This document shows, piece by piece, positions 18,280-28,217 of a DNA stretch of 64,000 nucleotides. Position 1 is the first letter of the stretch; the number at the start of each line of letters is the position of its first letter. A program made the position numbers and the translations under genes. The notes beneath the pieces are model-generated. The model saw only the letters and a program-made list of their open reading frames with translations. It did not search any database and was not told the DNA's origin. Origin of the DNA: an uncultured bacterium (GTDB lineage Bacteria > Bacteroidota > Rhodothermia > Balneolales > DATFMH01); contig CAVQHI010000002.1 of the NCBI GenBank assembly GCA_963712305.1, positions 1,212,836-1,276,835 of the forward strand, written 5' to 3'.

Positions 18280-19779
18280 ATGAAAAAAACAAAGGTAATT
18301 GGTTTAATTTTGATTGCACTCGCACTATCTGGGTGTAATGGGTTTTTGAATCAAAAACCACAGTCATTTGTATCTTCAGATACCTTTTACCAGACACCTG
18401 ATCAAGTCAATGAAGGCTTAAATGGTGTATATCATGGTTTGGCTGTATTATATAACGCTGGAAGTTCGTACTGGGCGATGACTGAGATGAGGTCGGATAA
18501 CACCACCTTTCAGTATAATGAAGGTAATCGTGGTGCCCTGATGCGGGAACAGATGGATTACTTTTTGGTAACCGTTGATAATACGTACTCGCAAGGAGTA
18601 TGGAGGGATATGTACCATACGATAGCGCAGGCTAACTTGCTGCTCAACAAAATAAACGATGTTACATATACAGATGCGACTGTAAAAAATCAGATCATTG
18701 GACAGGCAGAATACATTCGCGCTCTGCTATATTTTAATCTTGTGAGATTGTATGGTAATGTTCCACTCGTTTTGGATCCTGTTTCTTCTCCGGATCAAAC
18801 AAAGAGTATAAAACAGGCCAAGCCGGCTGATGTATATGCTCAGATTATCAAGGATGCCAAGGATGCGGCAAGTAAGCTTCCTGCTACGTGGACGGGAAGT
18901 GATTTAGGAAGGGCCACACAAGGTGCTGCCAATACCTTATTGGGTGACGTTTATATGACTCAGAAGAACTATAAGACAGCACATACATACTTCCAGAAGG
19001 TAATATCATCTGGTGATTATTCATTAATAGCCAATTATGCTGATCTATGGGATACCCAACATAAAAATAGCGCGGAGTCAGTATTTGAGATACAGTATAG
19101 CGGAGCTACCACTAATGAGTATAGTAATTATATATACACATTTGCGCCAATAAATGGTGTAACACCTATAACCGGTTTTCCAGGTGGTTCAAATTCCGGC
19201 AGGAATATGCCAACGCGTGATATGGAGAAAGCATATGAAAGTGGAGATGCACGGTATCCTGCATCCATTGCATTCTTTGTTGATCCAACTAATACGCAGT
19301 GGGCGGAAGCTCAACATGATTCTGTACCATACGTAAACAAGTATGCGACTCCATATTCTGTACCTAATAAGCAGGATAATGACTTTTATGTTTATAGGTA
19401 TGCCCAGGTCTTATTATGGGACGCTGAAGCGCAGAATGAAGTTAATGGTGGTCCGTCATCACAAGCGTATCAATATGTGAATATGGTACGTCAACGTGCC
19501 GGTCTGGGTGATTTGGCTACCGGGATGAGTAAAGCTCAATTCGAAACAGCGGTCTGGCACGAGGAACGTGTGGAAGGAGCTTTTGAAGATCACCGTTGGT
19601 TCCAGTTATTACGTACAGGTGAGGCAATTAAAGTTATGACGGCCAATGGTGCTGAACAGAAAGCATATCAGACATGGCTGTCGTCAGGGTCTTACAACAT
19701 AGATTCTCACAAGCTTTTATTCCCTATACCGCAACATGATTTATTACTGCAGGGCTATACACAAAATCCTGGTTGGTAA
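18280..19779 (+). CDS. SusD/RagB-family outer-membrane glycan-binding lipoprotein
   Basis: It lies immediately downstream of the SusC-like gene. The lipoprotein leader is MKKTKVIGLILIALALSGCNG (the ORF is tracked from 18247). SusD-like motifs include RALLYFNLVRLYGNVPL, VRQRAGL and ERVEGAFEDHRWFQLLRTG. Confidence 0.9.
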   Translation: MKKTKVIGLILIALALSGCNGFLNQKPQSFVSSDTFYQTPDQVNEGLNGVYHGLAVLYNAGSSYWAMTEMRSDNTTFQYNEGNRGALMREQMDYFLVTVDNTYSQGVWRDMYHTIAQANLLLNKINDVTYTDATVKNQIIGQAEYIRALLYFNLVRLYGNVPLVLDPVSSPDQTKSIKQAKPADVYAQIIKDAKDAASKLPATWTGSDLGRATQGAANTLLGDVYMTQKNYKTAHTYFQKVISSGDYSLIANYADLWDTQHKNSAESVFEIQYSGATTNEYSNYIYTFAPINGVTPITGFPGGSNSGRNMPTRDMEKAYESGDARYPASIAFFVDPTNTQWAEAQHDSVPYVNKYATPYSVPNKQDNDFYVYRYAQVLLWDAEAQNEVNGGPSSQAYQYVNMVRQRAGLGDLATGMSKAQFETAVWHEERVEGAFEDHRWFQLLRTGEAIKVMTANGAEQKAYQTWLSSGSYNIDSHKLLFPIPQHDLLLQGYTQNPGW

Positions 19780-19801
19780 ATAAATAGGTTGGCCAATTTC
19801 A

Positions 19802-19953
19802 TGAATACAATTGAGTGCCTGAATGATATCGATTATTGCATCTATAGCAAGCAGAAGTAGCTGTGTAAAATCATAGTTCTCTCGAATCCGATTTTTGCAG
19901 CGATTTCCAACTATCACTTAACCTGAAGATATCAAAGGCACTCATTGTATTCA
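19802..19953. repeat. 18/19-nt inverted repeat bracketing a 115-bp segment
   Basis: The left arm is TGAATACAATTGAGTGCCT (19802-19820). The right arm is AGGCACTCATTGTATTCA (19936-19953), the reverse complement with a single-nt indel. TTCA abuts both outer ends. The element is intergenic, between susD and the GH106-like gene. Confidence 0.6.
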
Positions 19954-20112
19954 TTCAATTCAACGTATTCTGATTAACAAGAAACACATATACGATTTGA
20001 GCAAAATGATTGATACGATAAAGCCACCATTGTCTTTATGAACACAAAAGTTTTTGCTCCGAACCCGATCTCTTTTATAGCTAATTCAAAGATTAAAAAG
20101 GATGAGAACAGT

Positions 20113-23100
20113 ATGAAAATCGGTTCCAAGTTTCTCCATTCCCGAGGTGTTTTACTCATATTAAGCATAGGTTTTATTCTTTTTACCGTCACGAATTGCC
20201 GTAGACAGACTGATAGCAAACAAGAGGTAAATTTGGTTGAGGGGTTCAAAAACCCGCCTAAGAAGTCACGTCCACGGGTGTGGTGGCATTGGATGAATGG
20301 AAACATCACTAAAAAAGGGATCAGGGAAGATCTTGACTGGATGCATAGTGTGGGCATCGCCGGATTCCAGACATTTAATGCTGCTTTGATGACTCCAAAT
20401 GTAGTGAAGCACCGGCTGGCATATATGACGCCAGGGTGGAAGGATGCATTCCGGTTTGCAACCAGGTTGGCCGATTCTCTGAATATGGAGATGGGTATTG
20501 CCGGTTCGCCGGGATGGAGCGAAAGTGGAGGGCCGTGGGTCAAACCGTCCCAGGGGATGAAGAAGTACACATGGAGTAAGATAAGAATAAAGGGTGGTCA
20601 GTTATTCAATGGCAAACTGCCCCAACCACCTGCTACAACCGGACCCTTTCAGAACATTCCTTTTCAGGGAAGGCGCTCTTCTAACGCCAATCCGAATGAA
20701 AAAAAACCGGAATATTATAAGGATGTTGCCGTTGTCGCTTTTAAGCTGCCGGATGTAGACAAGACACTCCGGTCATTGAACCCAAAAGTTACGTCGAGCG
20801 GAGGCAAATTTAGTCTAACTTCTTTAACCAATGGAAGTTTCGCAGACACTACATTATTACCATCAGCTGAAGTTGGCAAAAAAGCGTGGATTCAGTACGA
20901 ATTTTCCCAACCACAGACTTTCCAGTCTCTAACGATTGGTACGATCGGCGGTGGTCGCAGATTTGGAAGAAGTGCCGGCAGTAACTGGGCAATTGAGGTG
21001 AGTAATGACGGTGCATCGTTTCGAACCGTCCAGGAAATACCTGAAGGCGGGGTTGGGCAACGTACGATTTCATTTGAACCTGTTACCGCAAAATACGTTC
21101 GTTTTTCGATCAAAACATCACCGCCTCCCCCGGCCAACGAGCTGGCCAGAATGTTCGGTAACTCGTCCTCACCAAAAGGGACGGAGGTTTCCGAATTTAA
21201 CCTGCATACTGGTGTAAGGGTGAATAGATTTGCAGATAAGGCGGCATTTACGACAGCCTCGAATATCTATAGCATGAATACCAGGGCGATTCCGGCATCC
21301 GACGCCGTCAAAAAAAGTGATGTGATAGATCTTACCTCAAAAATGAAAGAGGACGGAACGCTTTCATGGACACCTCCTCCGGGTAACTGGATGGTGCTAC
21401 GCATGGGATATTCCCTGCTTGGCATCACCAATCATCCTGCATCGGCCGAGGCTACCGGACTGGAAGTGGACAAAATGAGTGCTGCAGATGTTAAAGCGTA
21501 TTTTACGCATTATCTGGATATGTACGAGAGTGCAACCGGTGGTATGATGGGTAAGAAAGGTATTCAGTATATCGTGACCGATAGCTGGGAGGCTGGTGCG
21601 GAAAACTGGACTGAAAAGATGATGGAAGATTTCAAAAATCGGCGGGGATACAGCATGGTGCCCTGGTTGCCGGTATTGGCAGGCTACGTCGTTCAGAGTT
21701 CGGAAGCAAGTGATCGTTTTCTGTGGGATTTCCGTCAAACGATTGCAGATCTGATTACCGAAAATCACTACAATCAACTCACGAAGATGCTTCACGAGCG
21801 TGGAATGGGGCGCTATTCCGAGTCACACGAGAGCGGACGAGCGCTTATTGCCGACGGCATGGCAGTCAAGGAAAAAGCCGACATCCCCATGAGCGCCATG
21901 TGGACGCCTGGTGGATTTTTTGGAGGTTCACAAATTCGTGTAGACAATAAGGCTGATGTACGCGAATCGGCTTCTGTGGCGCATATTTACGGCCAGAATA
22001 TTGTCGCTGCAGAGTCAATGACCTCCGCAGGCAACTTATGGGCCTGGTCACCACAGACACTCAAATTTACAGCTGACATGGAGCTGGCCAGTGGTTTAAA
22101 TCGGTTCGTCATCCATGAGTCGGCTCATCAGCCGGTGGATGACAAAGTCCCCGGATTCACACTCGGTCCCTTCGGTCAGACATTCAACCGTCACGAAACA
22201 TGGGCCAAAGAAGCCGGTCCGTGGATAACCTACCTGGCACGGAGCAGCTACATGCTTCAACAGGGAAAATTTGTGGCTGATATAGCCTATTACTATGGAC
22301 AGGATAGTAATATTACGTCTCTGTTTGAGAATAAGCTTCCAACTATTCCCGAGGGATATAATTACGATTTCGTAAATGCAGATGCTTTGATAAATCAGCT
22401 TTCGGTAAGTAAAGGCAACATTGTTACTCCCACAGGCATGAGTTATAAAGTTCTGGCCCTGGATCCCAACAGCCGTTACATGACATTACCGGTGTTGCAT
22501 AAGATCCAGAAGCTGGTGAATGACGGTGCAATTATTGTGGGTAACAAACCGATAGGGACGCCAAGCCTCAGTGATGACGAACAGGAATTCAAGGCTCTTG
22601 CCGGAAAGTTATGGTCGAATGAGAATGGAGTAAACAATATCGGGAAGGGTAAAATCTATGCCGGATATAGCATCGGAAAAGCGTTAACTTCCCTGAATAT
22701 TATGCCCGATTTTCAATACACCAAACCGAAGGATGATAGCAAACTTTTATATGTCCACAGAAGATTGGGGGACAAAGATATTTACTGGGTCGACAGCCGG
22801 AATGACAGTGTTCAAAATGTTGAGGCCACGTTTCGCGTAAGCGGTAAAGAGGCTGAGCTTTGGAACCCGGTGACAGGCAATATTAAAGAGGCCTCATACA
22901 GCATAAATGGCGGCTCTACCAAGGTTCCGCTTCATCTCGAGCCACATGGAGCTGTGTTTGTTGTATTCCAAAATCAGGCTAAAGAAAACTCACGTACCGT
23001 TCCGGATCCAATGGAACAGCAACTTACTACTATCGATGGGCCATGGGATGTACATTTTCAGGCAGACCGAGGGGCTCCGGCCGAAGCCAGTTTTAAAACA

Positions 23101-23523
23101 CTGCAAGCCTGGAATAAAAGTTCTAATAAGGGCATAAAATATTTTTCCGGAACAGGAACCTACACGAAGACCATCAATGCTAAGGCGAGTTGGTTTGATC
23201 AGGGAGGACAAATCTGGATAGATTTAGGTACCGTTAAAGATTTGGCTCAGGTTATTGTTAATGGACAACCTATGGGTATCGTATGGAAAGAGCCTTTCCA
23301 TTTAAATATAACAGGCGCGCTGAAACAAGGTTCAAACACCATAAAAATAAAGGTTACCAACTTATGGGTAAACCGTCTGATCGGCGATCAGCAACCGAAT
23401 GTTTCTAAGACTTACACCTGGACCAGTTTCCCAGTGAATAGGTTTTATCCTGCTGATACCCCGCTGAAACCGTCAGGATTGTTGGGCCCTGTTAGAGTTA
23501 TAAAGGTGAAAAAAGAGATATAA
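20113..23523 (+). CDS. GH106-like (PF17132-type) putative alpha-L-rhamnosidase
   Basis: The ORF is tracked from 20038, but Met 20113 (MKIGSKFLHSRGVLLILSIGFILFTVTNC) gives a lipoprotein-like leader. It has FKNPPKKSRPRVWWHWMNGNITKKGIREDLDWMHSVGIAGFQTFN and a C-terminal KYFSGTGTYTK..VNGQPMGIVWKEPFHLNIT..VTNLWVNRLIGD..SGLLGPVRV. It is a paralog of 913-4965 without the LamG insert. Confidence 0.6.
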   Translation: MKIGSKFLHSRGVLLILSIGFILFTVTNCRRQTDSKQEVNLVEGFKNPPKKSRPRVWWHWMNGNITKKGIREDLDWMHSVGIAGFQTFNAALMTPNVVKHRLAYMTPGWKDAFRFATRLADSLNMEMGIAGSPGWSESGGPWVKPSQGMKKYTWSKIRIKGGQLFNGKLPQPPATTGPFQNIPFQGRRSSNANPNEKKPEYYKDVAVVAFKLPDVDKTLRSLNPKVTSSGGKFSLTSLTNGSFADTTLLPSAEVGKKAWIQYEFSQPQTFQSLTIGTIGGGRRFGRSAGSNWAIEVSNDGASFRTVQEIPEGGVGQRTISFEPVTAKYVRFSIKTSPPPPANELARMFGNSSSPKGTEVSEFNLHTGVRVNRFADKAAFTTASNIYSMNTRAIPASDAVKKSDVIDLTSKMKEDGTLSWTPPPGNWMVLRMGYSLLGITNHPASAEATGLEVDKMSAADVKAYFTHYLDMYESATGGMMGKKGIQYIVTDSWEAGAENWTEKMMEDFKNRRGYSMVPWLPVLAGYVVQSSEASDRFLWDFRQTIADLITENHYNQLTKMLHERGMGRYSESHESGRALIADGMAVKEKADIPMSAMWTPGGFFGGSQIRVDNKADVRESASVAHIYGQNIVAAESMTSAGNLWAWSPQTLKFTADMELASGLNRFVIHESAHQPVDDKVPGFTLGPFGQTFNRHETWAKEAGPWITYLARSSYMLQQGKFVADIAYYYGQDSNITSLFENKLPTIPEGYNYDFVNADALINQLSVSKGNIVTPTGMSYKVLALDPNSRYMTLPVLHKIQKLVNDGAIIVGNKPIGTPSLSDDEQEFKALAGKLWSNENGVNNIGKGKIYAGYSIGKALTSLNIMPDFQYTKPKDDSKLLYVHRRLGDKDIYWVDSRNDSVQNVEATFRVSGKEAELWNPVTGNIKEASYSINGGSTKVPLHLEPHGAVFVVFQNQAKENSRTVPDPMEQQLTTIDGPWDVHFQADRGAPAEASFKTLQAWNKSSNKGIKYFSGTGTYTKTINAKASWFDQGGQIWIDLGTVKDLAQVIVNGQPMGIVWKEPFHLNITGALKQGSNTIKIKVTNLWVNRLIGDQQPNVSKTYTWTSFPVNRFYPADTPLKPSGLLGPVRVIKVKKEI

Positions 23524-23681
23524 ATAACCATGGCAAAAATCGAATTACCTTTTATTACAGGTTTATGATCAATCGAGAAAAATTTTATGATGGCGATATG
23601 GGAAACTATACATTTTGGTCTGTTGGGCCCCGTAAAGCTGATACCCATGAAATTCAAAACAGTTAATTAAAATATCATCTA

Positions 23682-26507
23682 ATGGAGCTACGAATGACGA
23701 ATATTATGACGATGCCCAGAAATATGGGAACTATCTTCATATTATTATTAATGATTTGTTTTTTGGCTATACAGACATTAAACGCACAATCCCCATCAGT
23801 AACAACAAAAGAACTGCGCACCGAATACCTGCATAATCCATTAGGTGTCGATGTACCGCATCCCCGGTTTTCGTGGATCGTTGATGGAAATCAGCGTGGC
23901 GTCGAACAGAAGGGATACCAGATCCTGGTGGCTTCAGAAGCCAGTGGATTGACTCCAGATAATGCTGATATGTGGGATTCACAGCAGAAGATGTCGGACA
24001 AGTCCATCAACATAGCATATGCCGGCAAGAAACTGGAAAGCGATCAAACATATTACTGGAAAGTGCGCGTTCAGGATCAGAATAACCAGTGGAGCGACTG
24101 GAGCAAGATCCAGATGTTTCATACTGGCCTGATGAATAAATCCGACTGGCAGGGCGAATGGATCGGATCGCCCGATACGACGATTTCCTCACCATTGCTT
24201 AGAAAAGATTTCAATGTCGGCAAAACAGTTAAAAGCGCCCATGTGTTTATCAGTGGACTGGGGTACTACGAGCTTTATCTGAATGGGAAAAAAGTTGGGA
24301 ATCATAAACTCGATCCTGGAACATCAGATTTTGACAAACGGGCATTATATGTAGCCTACGACGTGACCAGTTATCTCAATTCCGGTGATAATGCGATTGG
24401 AGTATGGCTGGGCAACGGTTACTTCAGGATGAGCCGCAAACGTCCGTTCCGGAATTATGGCGATCGTCCGCAAATGATCCTTCAGATGAATATTACGTAT
24501 ACGGACGGATCGACGGCCCACATTGTTTCCAATACTTCATGGAAAACATCGGCCAGTCCTATTGTAGAGAACAGCGTTTATGATGGTGAAGTCTACGACG
24601 CCCGCAAAGAGAAAGATGGCTGGGATATGCCCGGTTATGAAGATCAAAGCTGGTCGGGCGCTGTACGTCTGAAAATACCTGAAACACGGAAACTGTCAGC
24701 TCAGCTAATGCCGCCGATTCGTGTCACGAAGACCATCTATCCGATCAGCATGCGCGAGCCGGTAAAGGGCGTATATGTCTATGATTTTGGGCAAAATCTG
24801 ACCGGATGGCCCGAATTGTTTGTCAATGGGGCACAGGGACAAAAGGTGGTCATGAAAACAGCCGAAGTCACGCGGAAAGACATGCTGCAGATGATGGACA
24901 AGGACACCGATGGAATTGTAGATACTATCGATGCCAGTCCGGACCGGTCAGCCAAGGCAAGAGACATTTATATCTTGTCAGGCAAGCCAGGGACAGTTAG
25001 GTACAAGCCAAGATTTACCTATCACGGTTTCCGTTATATTCAGCTCGAAGGATTTCCCGGTACACCGACACTGAGCAGCGTTGCCATCCAGGTTGCTCAC
25101 ACGGATGTTAAACAGGTAGGTACTTTTAAAAGCTCTAATGCTCTCTTCAACAGGATTCACGAAAATACGGTATGGGGACAAAAGAGCAATCTCATGAGCA
25201 TGCCTACCGATTGCCCGCAACGTGATGAACGTATGGGATGGATGGGCGATGCGCATCTCTCGGCGGAAGAAGCCATGCATAATTTCGATATGGCTGCTTT
25301 TTATACTAATTGGCTCCATGAAGTACAGGACGCCCAGAACCCGAATGGCAGTGTACCCGATATCGTGCCGCTTCATAAATGGGTTCAGAATACGCGTGTC
25401 GGGACCCCGGCCTGGGAGGTTGCTTATCCGCTCCTCGTATGGTACGTGCATGAATATTACAATGACGATCATGTGATTGCGGAGCATTACAACAGCCTGA
25501 AGAAATGGATGGATTATATGAAGTCCATTTCACACAATTACATCATTACCAAAGGGCGTGGCGACTGGGTTCCCCCGAAGATTGGATATGCTCCCATTGA
25601 CGGATCAGTACCTCTTACCTCAACAGGTTACTATTACCAAAGTGCTCAACTGATGTCACAGATGGCTGGTATCCTGGGTAGAAGTCAGGATAAGACCATG
25701 TATTCGCAACTGGCCCGGAATATTGACAATGCATTTCAAAAACGCTTCTGGAATCAACAGAAACAGCAGTACGGGACAGGCTCGCAAATGAGTAATGTAT
25801 TTCCGCTTTACCTGGGGATTGTGCCCAAAGACAGGCAGGAAACAGTTGTCAATGACTTGGTTCATAATATTCGGGCCAAACATGATAATCACTTATGGGT
25901 TGGAATTCTTGGAACGAAAGCTTTGGTTGAGGCTCTTCCGAAATATCATAAGTCAGATGTTATGTATGATATCACAAACCAGACGACCTTTCCCGGCTGG
26001 GGCTATATGGTTTCAAAAGGTTCCACAACTTTGTGGGAAAGATGGGGAGGATATCGGTATTTTGGACCGGCAATGAACTCTCTTAATCACATCATGTTTG
26101 GTAGCATCGATGAGTTTTTCTACAAGGATATCGCCGGTATTCGCTCGCAGGCTCCTGGCTTCAAAAAAATCCTCATTCGACCACATGTGCTTGGTGATAT
26201 GAAGTATGCCAATGCTTCTGTGAAAACGATTCGTGGAACAGTGGCTTCGAAATGGAATAAAGATGGGAATGGTATAACACTCGAAGTAACCATCCCGGGA
26301 AATAGCACCGCAGTGATTGATATTCCAAAGACTGACGGAAATGCTCACTATCTTCTTACCGAAGGTGGTCAGATAATATGGTCGAGTAAGGGTTCACAGA
26401 AAAGTGATGCAGGTATCACCAATGTATCCGAGGCGGGAAAATATGTAGAAGTGAGTGCCGGATCAGGGAAATATATATTTAATTTAAGTGGTCAACCCAC
26501 TGAATAA
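23682..26507 (+). CDS. GH78 alpha-L-rhamnosidase
   Basis: The N-terminal rhamnosidase domain reads LRTEYLHNPLGVDVPHPRFSW. It has YYWKVRV, YYELYLNGKKVG, and the catalytic-domain hallmark MPTDCPQRDERMGWMGDA. Several in-frame Mets (23682-23724) precede the signal peptide, so the exact start is uncertain. Confidence 0.93.
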   Translation: MELRMTNIMTMPRNMGTIFILLLMICFLAIQTLNAQSPSVTTKELRTEYLHNPLGVDVPHPRFSWIVDGNQRGVEQKGYQILVASEASGLTPDNADMWDSQQKMSDKSINIAYAGKKLESDQTYYWKVRVQDQNNQWSDWSKIQMFHTGLMNKSDWQGEWIGSPDTTISSPLLRKDFNVGKTVKSAHVFISGLGYYELYLNGKKVGNHKLDPGTSDFDKRALYVAYDVTSYLNSGDNAIGVWLGNGYFRMSRKRPFRNYGDRPQMILQMNITYTDGSTAHIVSNTSWKTSASPIVENSVYDGEVYDARKEKDGWDMPGYEDQSWSGAVRLKIPETRKLSAQLMPPIRVTKTIYPISMREPVKGVYVYDFGQNLTGWPELFVNGAQGQKVVMKTAEVTRKDMLQMMDKDTDGIVDTIDASPDRSAKARDIYILSGKPGTVRYKPRFTYHGFRYIQLEGFPGTPTLSSVAIQVAHTDVKQVGTFKSSNALFNRIHENTVWGQKSNLMSMPTDCPQRDERMGWMGDAHLSAEEAMHNFDMAAFYTNWLHEVQDAQNPNGSVPDIVPLHKWVQNTRVGTPAWEVAYPLLVWYVHEYYNDDHVIAEHYNSLKKWMDYMKSISHNYIITKGRGDWVPPKIGYAPIDGSVPLTSTGYYYQSAQLMSQMAGILGRSQDKTMYSQLARNIDNAFQKRFWNQQKQQYGTGSQMSNVFPLYLGIVPKDRQETVVNDLVHNIRAKHDNHLWVGILGTKALVEALPKYHKSDVMYDITNQTTFPGWGYMVSKGSTTLWERWGGYRYFGPAMNSLNHIMFGSIDEFFYKDIAGIRSQAPGFKKILIRPHVLGDMKYANASVKTIRGTVASKWNKDGNGITLEVTIPGNSTAVIDIPKTDGNAHYLLTEGGQIIWSSKGSQKSDAGITNVSEAGKYVEVSAGSGKYIFNLSGQPTE

Positions 26508-26731
26508 TATATTTTTAAAACCGAATCAATAATTTAATCAACAAATATAGTAGTAGATATTAAAAATGAACCTCTCTTATTCATCGAATTTTGCTCAATC
26601 TATTAAAAGGTTTTTTCCATATTGGCATTGGGCATTTGAGGTCTTGGTTAGAGCCATTAAAAAGTTCTACTGCGTGTTATCAGTAATGTTATTTATATAC
26701 AGCAGTCCCGAAAAAATGGGAAAGGAGTGTA

Positions 26732-28156
26732 ATGCAGGCTAAGGAGTCTTTCTTCAAACGATTAAATCGTCGGTTGGATACAATTGACGAGTACGAACGA
26801 GAACCCGTACCGAAGTCCAAATTGAAAGGATGGAAGGGTTTCATCGGGATGTATATCGGTGAAAATACTGCCGGTACTGAGTTTGTGATCGGAACCCTTT
26901 TTGTCGCTCATGGCGTATCGGCATCAGACTTGGTCCTTGGATTGATGGTAGGTAATACACTTGCCGTTTTAACCTGGGCATTTTTATGTGCACCGGTTGC
27001 AGTAAAGAAGCGCCTTACACTGTATTGGCAGTTGAGGAAAATCTGCGGACCCAACCTTGCTCTTATATATAATATCGTGAATGCCGTCATGTTCTGCTTT
27101 CTTGCGGGATCGATGATTGCGGTGTCGGCGACGGCTGTCGGCCTGCCTTTCCACATCACGATGCCGACACTCAACGACTGGCTGCCCACGGGTGTCGGTT
27201 GGGTGATAGCAGTTCTTGCCGTTGGAACGGTTATAACAATCGTAGCTATCCTTGGATACGACCAGGTGTCACATTTTGCGAATGTCGCATCTCCCTGGAT
27301 GATTCTCGTCTTTTTGGCTGCAGGAGTGGCAGTCTTGCCAGAATTGGGAGTGCACTCATTATCAGATTTCTGGAGTGTTGCTAATCACAAAATATGGACG
27401 GGGGTACCGCATGCCGGACAAACAAAATTTACCTTTTGGCATGTGATGTTCTTTGCCTGGTTCACAAACCTGGCCATGAATGCCGGAATGTCGGATATGT
27501 CCATTCTGCGATACGCTGAAGAATGGTATCACGGTTTCTCACCCGGTCCGGGTATCTTCCTGGGACACGTAATGGCCTGGATGGCCTCGGGTATCATGAC
27601 CGCTGCGGCAGTAGGTGCTATTGCTCCCGGCATCATTGCCTATCACAGCGCCGGAGTGGCAGGTGCCATTTGTGTGATCATCGCCGGCTGGACAACTGCT
27701 AATCCAACGATCTACAGGGCTGGACTGGCGTTCCAATCGGTGACACCGAACTGGAAGCGCTGGAAGGTGACGCTATTCACAGGACTTGTAACGACGATAG
27801 CAGCATTATTCCCGGCATTGGTGATGAAGCTTCTCGATTTTGTTGCCTTGTATGGTCTGATACTGATGCCGATGGGCGTTGTTATTCTGCTGGATGTCTT
27901 CCTCTTTCCAAAACTCGGACTCAAAAGCAATCTTGCAGAATTGGTAAATATGAAATTCAACTGGGCTGCGGGCCTTACATGGTTTGTCACGCTGACTATC
28001 TGCCTGTTTTTAAATTTTTGGGGTGGTGTGGAAATATTTTTCCTAAGCCTGCCGGGATGGTTTATCGCAGCAATTCTTTATATCGGATTGAGCTACGTAT
28101 TTCAGAAAAAATTTAAGGGCACTGAAGAAACGGTGGCCCAAACAGCAATCAGCTGA
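26732..28156 (+). CDS. NCS1 (cytosine/purine permease, CodB-like) family membrane transporter; candidate deoxyhexose importer
   Basis: It is a polytopic membrane protein with about 12 hydrophobic segments. EREPVPKSKLKGWKG resembles the CodB N-terminal PVPQSARKG, and GWTTANPTIYRAGLAFQSV resembles the CodB NIWTTNDNALYASGLGF. It is the first gene of the rhamnose catabolic block. Confidence 0.55.
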   Translation: MQAKESFFKRLNRRLDTIDEYEREPVPKSKLKGWKGFIGMYIGENTAGTEFVIGTLFVAHGVSASDLVLGLMVGNTLAVLTWAFLCAPVAVKKRLTLYWQLRKICGPNLALIYNIVNAVMFCFLAGSMIAVSATAVGLPFHITMPTLNDWLPTGVGWVIAVLAVGTVITIVAILGYDQVSHFANVASPWMILVFLAAGVAVLPELGVHSLSDFWSVANHKIWTGVPHAGQTKFTFWHVMFFAWFTNLAMNAGMSDMSILRYAEEWYHGFSPGPGIFLGHVMAWMASGIMTAAAVGAIAPGIIAYHSAGVAGAICVIIAGWTTANPTIYRAGLAFQSVTPNWKRWKVTLFTGLVTTIAALFPALVMKLLDFVALYGLILMPMGVVILLDVFLFPKLGLKSNLAELVNMKFNWAAGLTWFVTLTICLFLNFWGGVEIFFLSLPGWFIAAILYIGLSYVFQKKFKGTEETVAQTAIS

Positions 28157-28217
28157 AATCAATGGAAAAGAACCAACAGACAAGTTTATTAATTATTAAA
28201 ACTGAAGATAGATCGCT

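Noticed and set aside
21081-21092. TGTTACCGCAAA inside the GH106-like coding region, identical over 12 nt to the uxaC/GH92 operator candidate. A related GCGGTAACA lies inside the GH3 gene at 9497-9505.
   Set aside because: Both lack the leading A, lie deep inside coding sequence, and have no palindromic partner half-site. About two chance hits of the 8-mer core are expected in the window.
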